DNA of 64,000 nt, from contig OX597815.1 in NCBI GenBank assembly GCA_951406725.2, forward strand, positions 60,264,001 to 60,328,000, in the 5' to 3' direction. Shown here in pieces: positions 1 through 13,459 of this stretch. The first letter of the stretch is position 1. Every line of letters starts with the position of its first letter. The position numbers and the translations under genes were made by a program. Origin of the DNA: Octopus vulgaris (taxonomy: Eukaryota). The notes under the pieces are model-generated. The model worked only from the letters and a program-made list of their open reading frames with translations. It made no database searches and had not been told where the DNA came from.

Positions 1-639
1 GACAAATCCACTAAAACTGAAGCTGAATTTCTCTCTCTCACTCTCTCTCTCTCTCACGTTGTCTTTCGCTATACCAATCTCTTTCTTCCTATCGATTTGC
101 TTCTCTCCTTTCCCTTCTTTCTTTTCTCTGTACAGAAACAAACACACACACAAACACACACACACACTCACACACATAAACACACACAGATGTATTGATA
201 GATAAATACATCGATAAATAGATAGGTAGAGAGATAGATAGATATAGATGATAAATACACACACACACGCCTCGTCTTCTCTTTCGCGACTTCGTCCCTC
301 GTTAAGCAATACAACAGAGGCTCACATTTTGTGAGAGAAAGGAAGGAAACAAAAAAGAATAAAACAAAAACAAAACAAAATTAACACGGACAAAAAATTT
401 AAAAATATAAAAGTAAAAATACCAAAAGCAACAGATATAAATAAAAAAGAAGAGACAGCACAACTATAAAAATATATAAAACAAATATAACGTCGGAAAA
501 TAAAAAAAAGCAAAAATTGTAAAGATATTTAAAAAGGAAAATATAAAATAAAATAATAAATTGTCTGAAGTGTTGCACCACATGATTAATTATAATTGAC
601 TTAATGAATCGGAAAGGGCTATTTCCCGACAATTCTTAA

Positions 640-1560
<921 letters not shown>

Positions 1561-1837
1561 GTGTTCCTTCGAGAATTTGTGCAATGATATGAGCATGTGC
1601 GCCAATTAATGTATTTGTGTGCTTGTGTGCATGTTGTTAATGTATGTGTATATAATGTGGAAGTGTGAAGTTTCGAATGTGATTGTTGCCAGGCAACCAA
1701 TACGGTAATTGAACGCCGTTGTATAATCTGCCAGTCTGTCCGCCTGCTTGCCTGTATGTCTGAGCGGCAGTTTGTCGTTCTGTTTCGGATTTATTTGGAA
1801 ATCCTTACTCTAACTATTAAATTTACAGCACAACCCC

Positions 1838-2000
1838 ATCACCACCACCACCACCACCACCACCAAAACAACAAAAACAACAACAACAACAACAACACCA
1901 CCACCATCACCACCACCACCACCACCACCACCACCACCACCACCACCACCACAACCACAACCACAACCACAACCACAACCACCACCACCAAAACCTGACC
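1838..2000. repeat. (CAC)n/(CAA)n/(CCACAA)n simple repeat
   Basis: Directly visible. Confidence 0.95.
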
Positions 2001-2964
2001 ACAACTACGGCCACAAAAAACACAGCAACAAACACGACCAGCACTACCACTTCTTATACACAACTACAACCACCACCAATACATAGTCGCCATTACTTAC
2101 ATCCCCCAAAACAACATCCACCTCTGCCACTACCAACAACACCACTACTAACACCTCCACTACTACACGCCTCCATCTCCAGGTAATAGTGCTACAATCA
2201 CCCGTCTCTATGGTAACCATCATTATCACAGCTTAAACATATGTGCTTCCACCAATACATATATACATACATACATAAATTTTCATTTGTACCTATCATC
2301 AAAATTGCATAAATCATGTACCTTCATATTTACACAAAACCTAGAAATTCTAGTTTTTCGAAAAAAGAACAAAAGAAACTAAGGCACATTCTCCAAATCC
2401 AATCTATTGGCAGCCAATGACGATTTGTAAGATATTCCAAAGATTCTCCATCTAAAATTCTTTGGATGTATAGATACACACAGTTGGGTGTGGGCATAGA
2501 CAGTTTAACCAACATACCAACTCGACCGCATATTTATAAACACTGAGAACTCTTTCAATTCAAAACGTGTTGTTGCTTTGTTAACGACCGACTTAGATTC
2601 TCTTAAGAACTTAAACCCAAAGAAAAACATATACATAAATATACATGCCTACAATCATTCATATACACATATATACGCATACATATATACATTCACATAC
2701 ATGCATATATACATACATATGCATACACATGCTCCCCACCCGCTTATAAGAACTCAACGTTACCAAATTAATGAGGTTCAGGGAAGTCACTGAAAAAGTT
2801 GTAGATATGTAACAAAATACTTAGATAGCTCAATTAATACAGAAATTTATTACAATTGTGTTTCTTGCCGGTTAAGAGAGTGAACTTTGAGACGTTATGG
2901 TAGTTAATTTAGCTTGGTTTGCGTCGGACAAAATGTGATGCAATATTTCTTCTTGCTCCTCACG

Positions 2965-3075
2965 TACGGCTTTCAAATCATGCCGAGGTCGACAATGCCT
3001 CTGATTCTTTCGGGATCAATAACCAGTCAAGTACTAGAGGTCGATTTAACCCACTTATGCTCTCCTCTTAAAGTC
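2965..3075 (+). mobile_element. Degenerate SINE fragment (Meta-domain-like family)
   Basis: gccgaggtcgac..gcct..cttt.ggg.tc.ataa..agtac matches the copies at 27556 and 40990-41718. Confidence 0.55.
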
Positions 3076-5052
3076 GTTGGCCTTGTGCCTAAATCAGAAA
3101 TCTCGATTATCATCTGTATACATGTCGGTTGGTTGTTTTCTCCAGTCACATTTTGCGTAATATATAAAGAGAGGGAGAATAGTAAGAGAGAAAGAGAGAG
3201 GGAGGGGGAGAGAAAGTGAGAGAAAGAGAGAAAGAAAGAGAGAGAATTCAAATAAGAGGGGCAGGATGAGTGTTTTATAACTTTCTAATAATTCTAATTT
3301 TTTAATAAAACTCTGCACGGAAATTTTTTTGAAGTTGAATTAATTATTTTGATAAAATTGAGAAAAATAACATATTTATTCTAAATATGCAAAACGAGAA
3401 ATTTGTTTCGTTTAATTTTATTTTAAGGTGAAAAATATATTTTCTATTGACTATTAGTATTCATGTTACTATTTGATATACACACCAAAATATTTGATAG
3501 AAGTTGAATTATAATTATTGTATGCCATGTTTCTTGATACTTACCTGTGGTGGTAAATGTATCCTTCCAAAGTTACCCACCAGACAGCAGGTGATACCCT
3601 ACTTGTTCACGGAGACTACTAGATTTCTCTCTTGTCAATTCAGGGAAGAGTTTTCGGGAGAATTCTTTAAGTGATAAGTATATAAATATCCTTTCCAAGA
3701 TATGTTTCATGGTTTAGACAGCAGACGTATTGCACCCCCCACACTCCATACACGCACACAAGATACATACACACACACACACACACACATTCATATACAT
3801 GCAGCTGCTACACATTGACTTCATTCAAAAGTAAGTCATTTGAATGTTAATTAAACACTCATCAACTCATTACAACCTTTTTTTCCACAAACGTGTTATC
3901 TTTTTTCTTTGTTTACTTCACTGCTACTATAACGGCCTCTGCTTCTCTGAACTGACAAGTAACATATCATAAACATCCTCTCTCTCTTCTTCCTCTTATT
4001 ATCCCATGCTGAGTCTCACTGTCCACTATTTCCTCTTTAAACTGTTTTTTTTTTCTGACAGATGTTCCAACATCAACGCACTGTATCAACCTGATCAAAC
4101 TCTGAGCGACAGTTAGGTCATAGGTGTTGGCCCTGTTTTGATTGAATTACTGGAAGGCTGCAGGTATTGTCCCTAATTTGATCAAATCATAAAGAAAATC
4201 TCTTAAAGATAAAATTCCTGGATGATCTATCTGGGATCACTTTACAGTAACGTCAACGAAGGCAAGCGGACGACTGGGATTTTTGCAGCACAAAAATCTA
4301 CTTAAGCGTGATTTGAACCCATAACTGAAGGATAGACGTAACGTCTACTCGGCTGATTGGTCCTTACTATCCTAGCTATCTTTGTTTGAATTTATCGATC
4401 GATTTATCTATCTATCTATCGATCGATAAATTGGTCATGCGATCTGTCACCATTATAGTTTAACCTTTAAGAAACGTATTGCGCATACACACACACAATG
4501 GATATCAACATGTGTTTGTGTACTTCGATGTAAATACTCTGTATGTTTACGTATAACATTACGTATAATGTTTACGTATAACAACGCGAACAAGGAAGAA
4601 TGTCACCAAAACTACATCATATTTGCTCAGACGTGCATCTTCAGAATGCATGCATTCTCTAACACACATTGATACACAGATTCTTATACTCGCTCACACA
4701 CTCATATATGAGTATGTGACTGTGTAGACATATTAATCCTTACACGTAAACGTCATACTTGTCGTATTTATCTGTCACTATGTATAGGTGTATATGTGTG
4801 TTTCTGTGTGTATTAAATAATGTAACTTAGAATGTTATACAAGCTTGTATATATATAAATTATTAAGGTGGCTACTAGCAATTTAGAAGTGATAGGCAAC
4901 TAGTACAGTTGTCACAAAATTGACAGACGGTAGTGGTAAACACCAGCATTCTTAGATATAAGAGTCAAAAAGAACTCTTAGCTACGTGAGAGCACTTTTC
5001 CAACGACTGACAAGGTAGACAGGCTCCATCCCTACGACAAGCTAAATGGAGT

Positions 5053-5100
5053 CATATCAGCACTGATTTCAGATTTAACCAATCTTCATCAGTGATCAAT
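5053..5100 (-). ncRNA. Degenerate type I hammerhead motif
   Basis: Minus strand reads atca-CTGATGA-AGATT-ggtta-AATCT-GAAA-tcagtgc-tgat. Stem II is perfect but the cleavage triplet is non-canonical. Confidence 0.5.
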
Positions 5101-5139
5101 TACTCTGTCGCCAAAGGTTATATATATATATATATATAA

Positions 5140-5850
5140 TCAAAATAAGGAACAGGATATCAAGAGCTGATGCAGTTCGACCGTTTCAAGCGACTCCATT
5201 TAATTGAACAATGCAGTCATTACAGCAATTTAAATGCAGGGCTATCCTCAGCTGCATAATAGATATAATTTTTTAATCAGTTGGACACATTAATATAATT
5301 TCACTCAAATTCTCTAATAGAGCGAGAAGAGGGAGAAAGTCCATGTTGCTACAAAAGTGACTCAAAATATACTACACTTCTAAGAACTGTATAAAGTTTG
5401 TTAGGGTCATAGTTTGTAAAAAAAAAAAAAAAGAAAAAATGATTAAAAAATTAAAATTGAACCACAGTCATTTATAAGCTATGACCATAACAAACTTCAT
5501 ACAGTTCTTAGAAGTGCAGTATATTCTGAGCTACATTAGTAATAACATGGACTTTTCCCCTCTTCGTGCTCTATTAGAGAATTTGAGTAAAATTATATTA
5601 TTATGTCCAACTGATTAAAAAATTCTATTTACTTATGCAGCTGAGGATAGCCCTGCATTAAAATTGATGTAATGATTGCATTGTTCAATTAAATGCAGTC
5701 GCATGAAATGGTCGTACTGCGTCACCTCTTGACATCCTGTTGCTTATTTTGATTTTATTCACCTTACATTAAGTTGTACGAATAGTACCGCACCGATTTG
5801 GCTTTCAAAATAAAGTACCTAATTCAACTGAATATCAATTATTTCTTATA
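5140..5850. repeat. Fold-back element A: ~280-bp diverged inverted arms (5140-5420 / 5472-5755) with a hammerhead-like motif in each arm
   Basis: Arms are reverse complements, e.g. cttctaagaactgtat / atacagttcttagaag. Flanked by (TA)n. Confidence 0.85.
5635..5722 (+). ncRNA. Hammerhead-like motif with long stem II
   Basis: tgcag-CTGAGGA-[ctgcatt...aatgcag stem]-GAAA-tggtc-gtactgc. The opposite arm reads GAAACGGTC. Confidence 0.55.
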
Positions 5851-5852
5851 TA

Positions 5853-5884
<32 letters not shown>

Positions 5885-6509
5885 TTCGTTTTGGGATTTG
5901 TAAGTGTGTGTGTGTATGCCCCTTTTTTTTATGTATGTAAGCAGGAAAATAAACAAATCAACATACAGACGGATAGGTACATAGGCTATAAGAACAGACA
6001 CATATGGAGACACGGATCCACACATATAAAGATGCACATCCATACATACAAACATGGTACATAGTTGCATAACACACACACAGACATGCACACAGAAGGA
6101 GACAGAGGTGCATACATACACAAACACATTCATAGAAAATACACTAACAACGGACATGCAAGCACATAAATATGCAGGATACGTACATACAGATGCACAC
6201 ACACAAACATACATATATGCATATGCATACACACACATATATACATACATACACATGCAAACACACACATACATACATACGTACATGCATGCATGTATAG
6301 GCACACACACACACTGACCCACACACATGCGCACAAACAAACAAAAGGGAACGCAGTGTAAATAACGGACAGAGTCAAAACTATTGAAAAGGTTGCAAGA
6401 CGCAACGAAAATTTTAGGAAAATAAAAATAAGAAAAAAGTGGAAATTTTACCGGTGAGTGTGATATATTATAAGGCACACAAAGAAAATTACTCTCCCCA
6501 GACACAACA

Positions 6510-6550
<41 letters not shown>

Positions 6551-6611
6551 AAAGTGCTTATATACATAGAGATATACAACTGTACTTATATAGATATAAA
6601 TATACACATAC

Positions 6612-6999
6612 AGGGGAAGCACTCCGTCGGTTACGACGATGAGGGTACCGGTTGATCCGAATCAACGGAACAGCCTGCTCGTGGAATTAACGTGTAAGTG
6701 GCGGAGCACTCCACAAACACATGCACCCTTAACGTAGTTCTCGGGGATATTCAGAGTGACACAGAGAGCGACAAGGCCGGCCCCTTGAAATACAGGTACA
6801 ACAGAAACAGGAAATAAGAGTGAGAGAAAGTTGTGGTGAAAGAGTACAGTAGGGATCACCACCATCCCCTGCCGGAGCCTCGTGGAGCTTTTTTAGGTGT
6901 TTTCGCTCAATAAACACTCACAACGCCCGGTCTGGGAATCGAAACCGCGATCCTATGACCGCGAGTCCGCTGCCCTAACCACTGGGCCATTGCGCCTCC
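6612..6999 (-). mobile_element. tRNA-derived SINE with RTE-like 3' tail
   Basis: Minus-strand head ggaggcgcaaTGGCCCAGTGG..GGTTTCGATTCC (Pol III A/B boxes). Related copy at 44872-45115. Confidence 0.85.
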
Positions 7000-7180
7000 A
7001 CATACATACATACATACGTACATACATACATACATACATACATACATACATACATACATACATACATACATACATACATACATACATACATACATACATA
7101 CATACATAGTTACATACATTCATACATATATATTATTTTATTCTCTCTCTTTTTATAATCTCTCTGTTTATTTCATCGTG

Positions 7181-7222
7181 TTCCTTTCTGTTGAAGAGCG
7201 TAGGCTCGAAACGTAAAATACT
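7181..7222 (+). ncRNA. Minimal hammerhead-like motif
   Basis: cttt-CTGTTGA-A-GAGC-gtag-GCTC-GAAA-CG-TA-aaa. One core substitution, palindromic ACGT stem III. Confidence 0.55.
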
Positions 7223-7552
7223 TTCTCACCTTCCCGAGCGTCAAACTAATATACCTGCTTGTTGTTTATACACCTGTCTTCGTCTTTTGTTTTTCTGTAA
7301 ATTTCAACTATATATATATATATATGCATATATATGCATATATATATATATGTATGTATGCATGTATGTATGTGTGTGTGTGTGTATGTGTATGTATACA
7401 TATACATACATACATTCATGATGAAACATTGAGTGTCGCACAATTACTGAATTACAGCTTTGAACAGACTGCAAACCCACACGCACACTTATATAATAAA
7501 TAGGTATATTTATTATCTATAGGTATACCTATACACACATTCTTTTATTCTT

Positions 7553-7770
7553 TTATTCTTTTACTTGTTTCAGTCATTTGACTGCGGCCATGCTGGAGCA
7601 CCGCCTTTAGTCGAGCAAATCGACCCCGGGACTTATTCTTTGTAAGCCCAGTACTTATTCTATCGGTCTCTTTTGCCGAACCGCTAAGTGACGGGGACGT
7701 AAACACACCAGCATCGGTTGTCAAGCAATGCTAGGGGGACAAACACAGACATACAAACACCCCCCCCCCC

Positions 7771-7804
<34 letters not shown>

Positions 7805-7970
7805 TACGACAGGCTTCTTTCAGTTTCCGTCTACCAAATCCACTCAGAAGGCATTGGTCGTCCCGGGGCTATAGCAGAAGACACTTGCCCAAGATGCCAC
7901 GCAGTGGGACTGAACTCGGAACCATGTGGTTGGTAAGCAAGCTACTTACCACACAGCCAATCCTGCGCCT
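7553..7970 (-). mobile_element. tRNA-derived SINE with CORE-like segment and internal microsatellite
   Basis: Head aggcgcagga-TTGGCTGTGTGG..GAGTTCAGTCC followed by cttgggcaagtgtct. Same family as 24222-24725 and 12496-12640. Confidence 0.85.
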
Positions 7971-8191
7971 ATGTATATATATATATATATATATAAATAT
8001 TTGAGTAGTTGAATGAATTATCTTATTATGGATAATTCGGATAACCGATACCTGGGTAGCAAATTCACGTCAGAAAAACACGGTTGACGCTACATGCCAA
8101 GGGCAGAAATCGCGTGCTTTCGTGTGGAAATTTGTGTGTTTTTTTTAAATACAAATAAATGAAAGAATGGAGTTGAACGACGAATTAACAA

Positions 8192-8295
8192 AATTCCTTT
8201 ATTCTCGACATATGTTTCGAAGGCTGCATATTCCTAATTTCGAAGGAATAGGGGTGCATTATGCCGCCTTCTCATCAGGAAAAACAAGGAACTTA
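8192..8295 (-). ncRNA. Type I hammerhead ribozyme (left-arm mirror copy)
   Basis: Reverse complement of the 8418-8522 motif. Confidence 0.8.
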
Positions 8296-8417
8296 TGTCA
8301 GCATCAAGATGAACAAAAACTTTTAGATGACTGCCCACACGGAGCCCATAGCGATAATCGCTATGGGCTCCGTGTGGGCAGTCATCTAAAAGTTTTTGTT
8401 CATCTTGATGCTGACAT

Positions 8418-8522
8418 AAGTTCCTTGTTTTTCCTGATGAGAAGGCGGCATAATGCACCCCCTATTCCTTCGAAATTAGGAATATGCAGCCTTCGAAACA
8501 TATGTCGAGAATAAAGGAATTT
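8418..8522 (+). ncRNA. Type I hammerhead ribozyme
   Basis: Stem I aagttccttgtttttc/gagaataaaggaattt; CTGATGA; stem II GAAGGCGGCATA..TATGCAGCCTTC; GAAA-C-ATAT-GT-C (GUC cleavage triplet). Confidence 0.82.
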
Positions 8523-8559
8523 TGTTAATTCGTCGTTCAACTCCATTCTTTCATTTATT

Positions 8560-8605
<46 letters not shown>

Positions 8606-9335
8606 CACACAGCAATACACACACAAACACACCACAGACACACCGAATCAAAACTAAAGAAACAAAAAGAGAAAGCCACACTCAGAACCTTTGAACGCGA
8701 AACAATAACCTTTACCGACATAAAACTATCGATGTCGGCTGAAAATAAATATCAAAACAGAAAAAGAAAGAAACAAGCAGTAACGTGAACAGAATGGAAT
8801 CCCCACCACTCCTTTATTAAAAACGAAATGGCTGCCAACGAAAATGTGTCATTGTATACGGTGGAGGACACGACGATATGTAGAGCAGCTTCGATGCTGG
8901 AGATTTGATATGGTGACCGATATCTGGGCACATCTTGTAATCAGCAAAAATTGGTCGGTTGTATCATACAAATCGTCTTTATTGATCAGCCGACAAAATA
9001 TATCGATTATAACACATATGACGCCACTCCTGCGATCAATTTGCTCATTGGCGATAATAGCACGCAAACGAAGAGAAGACTCACAGACAATACATACGCA
9101 CACATAAACATACGCACACCACCACCACCACCACCACCACCACAACAACAACAACAACAACACATATAAACACTTACACCTATATAAATATACACATCTA
9201 CAAATGTATATTTACATACATATTCATATACATATAGACGTATATGTATACACACACAGTCATATATATATATATATACATACACATACAGGCACATACA
9301 CACATCTATATATGTATGCATATCTGTATATGCCT

Positions 9336-9370
<35 letters not shown>

Positions 9371-9971
9371 TATAGATATACAATGTATATATATATATAT
9401 ATATACATATATATATAATGTATATATGTATATATATATATATAATCTATATATATATATGTACACAGATACGTATGTATATAGCCATACATATCTATAT
9501 ATAGACATGCATATCTATATATGCAAGCACATATTAAATGTACATAAATACATACATACGTACATACATATTTTGAAATATGTCTATGTTTTGGTAAACT
9601 TACAGTTTTATGGGAAAAGGAAATACCCAAAGATGCTTTCTTTAGAAAGTCGTTGTAGAAGCAGATTTTAGGACAATTTTGCTATCAGTTTAGATATATT
9701 TCATATTTTGTTTTTATATATACTACAAGGAAAGAACATAGGGGATTGCCTGGAAATTCCTATGAAATTCCTCACTGAGTTTAGACTTTCTTATCTCACA
9801 CACAACTTCACCTTGTGACCATGTTGAAAGACACCATTGTTACAAAGACAGGTCCGATGTTTATCAGATTTTCTCTTAAGAACCATTTAAAGTCTGTTAC
9901 ATGAAATCGGCAGTAACGTATATACGAATAATGTGATACCCATCCATCCATCCATCCATACATACATACAT

Positions 9972-10310
9972 GTGATTAGAGCGTCGAACATACGATCGTG
10001 AGATAGTGAGTTCGATTCCTGAACCGGGCTGCGTGTTCTGTTCTTGAAGAAGACGCTTTATTTTACGTTGATCCAATTTCCTCAGCTGTAGAAATGAGTC
10101 ACTGGTACCAAGCTTTATAGGCCTTTGCATTTCCCTTAGGTAACATCGGTGGCGTGGGAGAGGAGAGGCTGGTATGCATGGGCGATTGCTGGTCTTCCAT
10201 AAAAACAACCCTAGGTTGTCCGTTCGCCGGCGAGGCGGCTTTCCGCCCAGACTTGTACCACAGAGGGGAAACTCTTAGGTGCAACCATGGTCATTCGTGA
10301 CCAACGGTGT
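9972..10310 (+). mobile_element. SINE composite: tRNA head, CORE-like segment and GC-rich 3' part
   Basis: B box gagttcgattcc and CORE-like ttcctcagctgtagaaatg, between (TACA)n tracts. Confidence 0.65.
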
Positions 10311-10371
10311 CATACATACATACATACATACATACATACATACATACATACATACATACATACATACATAC

Positions 10372-10740
10372 ATGAAGACCCCAATAAAATGTAAGCCCAA
10401 TAGACCTGATATAATGATCTGGGATAGAGAAGAAAACTCTGCATAGCTGTGGAAATTAGATGCCCAGCGGATGTTAAACGTAAGCTGAAGAGTAGTGAAA
10501 AAGAGAACATCTATGCTGAACTATTGAGAAACCTGCAGTTACTCTATCCTGATTACAAGTTCAGGTTTATACCTGTAATTATTGGCGTCCTGGGATATGT
10601 AACACACTGCCTAAATACCAATCTTCAGAAATTAGGCTTCTCAAAACCAGAAAGGAAAAAGTTAATTCGAAGACTACAGATCCAATCTATCACTAGAAGT
10701 GTAAAAATCTGTAAAACTTTCCAGAAGTTAATCATTTAAA
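10372..10740 (+). mobile_element. RLE-type non-LTR retrotransposon, 3' fragment
   Basis: PDIMIWD..VEIRCP..K..K..Y..L..FIPVIIGVLG is a restriction-like endonuclease signature. Confidence 0.85.
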
Positions 10741-10879
10741 AATATATATGAGCTTGCACAACTTCAAATTGCTGTTTTCCTTCTTATAGGTTCCGTATTC
10801 GTTAGCTCTTTTCAGCCATGCTACCAAAACGAAGACATTCTAATTTATCTCCACAAACAAGGGCCCCAAAGAAAACTGC

Positions 10880-11407
10880 CTTTATTCGTGCTCAACAAGA
10901 TTCACTTCAGCAATATTTCAAGGCGATCACCGACGGCAAAAGTTCTGCTCCAAACTACACTTATGTTTTGGGATGAATGCACAATGGCACACTGTGGTGC
11001 ACTAGAAGCCCTGGATAGATCACTAGGGGATATTAGAAACAATACAGCCATTATGGTGGGGGGGGGGGGGGGCTTAACTGTTGTCCTCGCAGGGGATTTC
11101 TGACAAATATTACCAGTCATACCACGGTGTACGCGAGCTGACGAGATCTATGAGTGTCTGAAGTCTTCACCTTGTAGAGGTTTGTTTGGTTTGTCAGCTT
11201 TCATTAAGCAAGAATGTGCGATTTTTGCTGAGGAATTCTCTCATCAGCTTCTACAAATTGGAAACGACTCCTTATCGTTGAATAACACCCTGCAACAACA
11301 TGTAGTGCAATGTGGGCATGTGGTGTCTATATTGGCCGAGCTTAAAGAAAAGGTATTTCCCACATTGCAAGACAACTTCAAAAACATAGCCTGATTCGTA
11401 GAGTGAA

Positions 11408-11479
<72 letters not shown>

Positions 11480-12790
11480 ATTTTAGCACCTCATAATGAA
11501 AGCGTTGATAAAGCAAACGATGGGGTTGCTTCAACATGTATCCAGTCGAATTTCTCAACTTTTTACAACCCACAGGACTGTCACCTCATAAATCGTTCCT
11601 AAAGAAAGCTGTACCTATCTTGAGGAATTTGGACCTACCATAACTATGCAATGGTACAAGATTGCCTGTAACTACAATGACAAGTCATGTCCTGGAAGCA
11701 ACCATTATTGCCGGCTGCCATCGAAGAGATCACATATATACCACGCATTCCCCTTATTCCCTTAAATGTGCCATTTCAATTCAAGCACCTCCAGTTCTCA
11801 GTGCGATTGTGCTTCGCTATGACAATCAACAAAGCCCAGGGTAAAACTTTAAAAATTGTGGGTGTCGATTTACAAATACTCTGCTTTTCTCATGGACAAC
11901 TATATGTTGCATGCTCTTGAGTTAGCAGTGCAGATGACTTGAATATTTATTCTACCAACACTGGAATTATGATGCAAAACATAGTTTACCTAAAACCATT
12001 GCCGACTTCACTTAACATATATTGAAGTGTGCAGTCTGCCCAAACATTACAGAGATGGTGCTTTTTGTGTGGTGAAAATATACGTTTTCTTAGAATATTT
12101 TGTTCAATAATTTTTTAAAGAAATCTGGACATCTTTCTTACTGCTAAACATTCAAGTAGACTGAGATGTACATATACTGTTATCGTAGAGAGTGGGAGTT
12201 CGATACGAAGTTTTGAAATCATTACCTTGTGGCTAGCAATCCATTACCATAAATTTGAAGCCATTAGGTCTTTAAACATTATTTTACTGGGTTTAATCTT
12301 TTGAAAGTCGTCATGATGGGGCATCACCTTCAAAAATTTAATTGATCATACTAACCTCAGTACGTTTTTCAATCTGGCATTTATTTTATAGATTTCTGCT
12401 TAATGAACTGCTAACTTTGGAACATAGTGGCACGCAATACTCGATTTAACAACAAATGTAATCACACACACACACACACGCGCGCGTATATATATTAGGT
12501 GCAAAAATGACTGTCTGGTTGAGAAGTTTGCTTCCCAACCACATGGTTCTACGTTCAGTCCCTCTGCGCGGTACCTTGGTCAAACGTTTTCTACTATAGC
12601 CACAAAATTGTGACTGAATTTAGTTGTCGGAAACTGCAGTGTTGTTTATCAGAAAATGACCGAAAACATGTTCCTAAAGAAGAGTTGTTTCACACTCCTT
12701 GTATGCCGATTCTGCCCATAAGAAAGGAAAAAATAATACAATGTGGCTGTAGGTCATAACACCCGGGTAACGCGGGGGTATATTGCTAGT
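10880..12790 (+). mobile_element. Helitron remnant with disrupted PIF1-like helicase
   Basis: WDECTM, LAGDF*QILPV, LCNGTRL, FAMTINKAQG and FSHGQLYVACS motifs. 3' hairpin acccgggtaacgcgggggt plus CTAG|T at 12760-12790. Confidence 0.9.
12496..12640 (+). mobile_element. SINE head fragment nested in the Helitron
   Basis: cttcccaaccacatggttc..gttcagtccc.ctgcg matches the 7553-7970 family. Confidence 0.7.
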
Positions 12791-13278
12791 TTATATATAT
12801 TTGAACGTGTGTATATGTATGTATACACACATGCACACACACACATGATCAACTGAAGAATGTCGGCACTCAGACATATACATATTTAAACATTTAATAT
12901 ATTGTACCATGAGTACATGTGTATGTGCATGCTTGTTGCTTTGTATTATGTGTGCATGTGTGTTTGTGTACGCGTGTAGTGTGTGTGTTACCTGTGTGTA
13001 TGTGTTTGTGTGTGTGTATGTGCGTGTTTGTGTGTATGTGTGTATGTGTGTCACGTGCTGTCAGCAGTTCCTTCTTTACATTTTGAGTTCAAAGCAGCAT
13101 GGCTTCAATAGGGAATTTTTCACTTTAACCAATAGACATTCGTGTACACATAATTAGATGAGATCCTACATATGCTTGTTATGTGTACATTTGCGCATGC
13201 GTGAGTAATAAATGAAGGAGAATGACAGATAACCTGCAACTTCAATTCAGCAACGCCACTTATTAATGTATAAAACAG

Positions 13279-13426
<148 letters not shown>

Positions 13427-13459
13427 TGTATGTATGTATGTATGTATGTATGTATTTAT

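Larger units (their letters stand above)
8149..8564. repeat. Fold-back element B: near-perfect ~416-bp palindrome with a 1-nt spacer at 8356
   Basis: Centre cccatagcgat-a-atcgctatggg. Arms appear identical except a 1-bp indel in a G/C run. Right end abuts (TA)n. Confidence 0.97.

Noticed and set aside
6920-6999. tRNA gene
   Set aside because: The tRNA-like head continues into a SINE body and tail, and no proper cloverleaf or terminator is present
8167-8681. Matching ORFs on both strands (MELNDELTKF...) as genes
   Set aside because: They arise from the palindrome and have no recognisable domain; the same applies to 22885-23411
10888-11995. Host PIF1 helicase gene
   Set aside because: It has stops, frameshifts and a (GA)n insertion, has no introns, and ends in a Helitron hairpin plus CTAG
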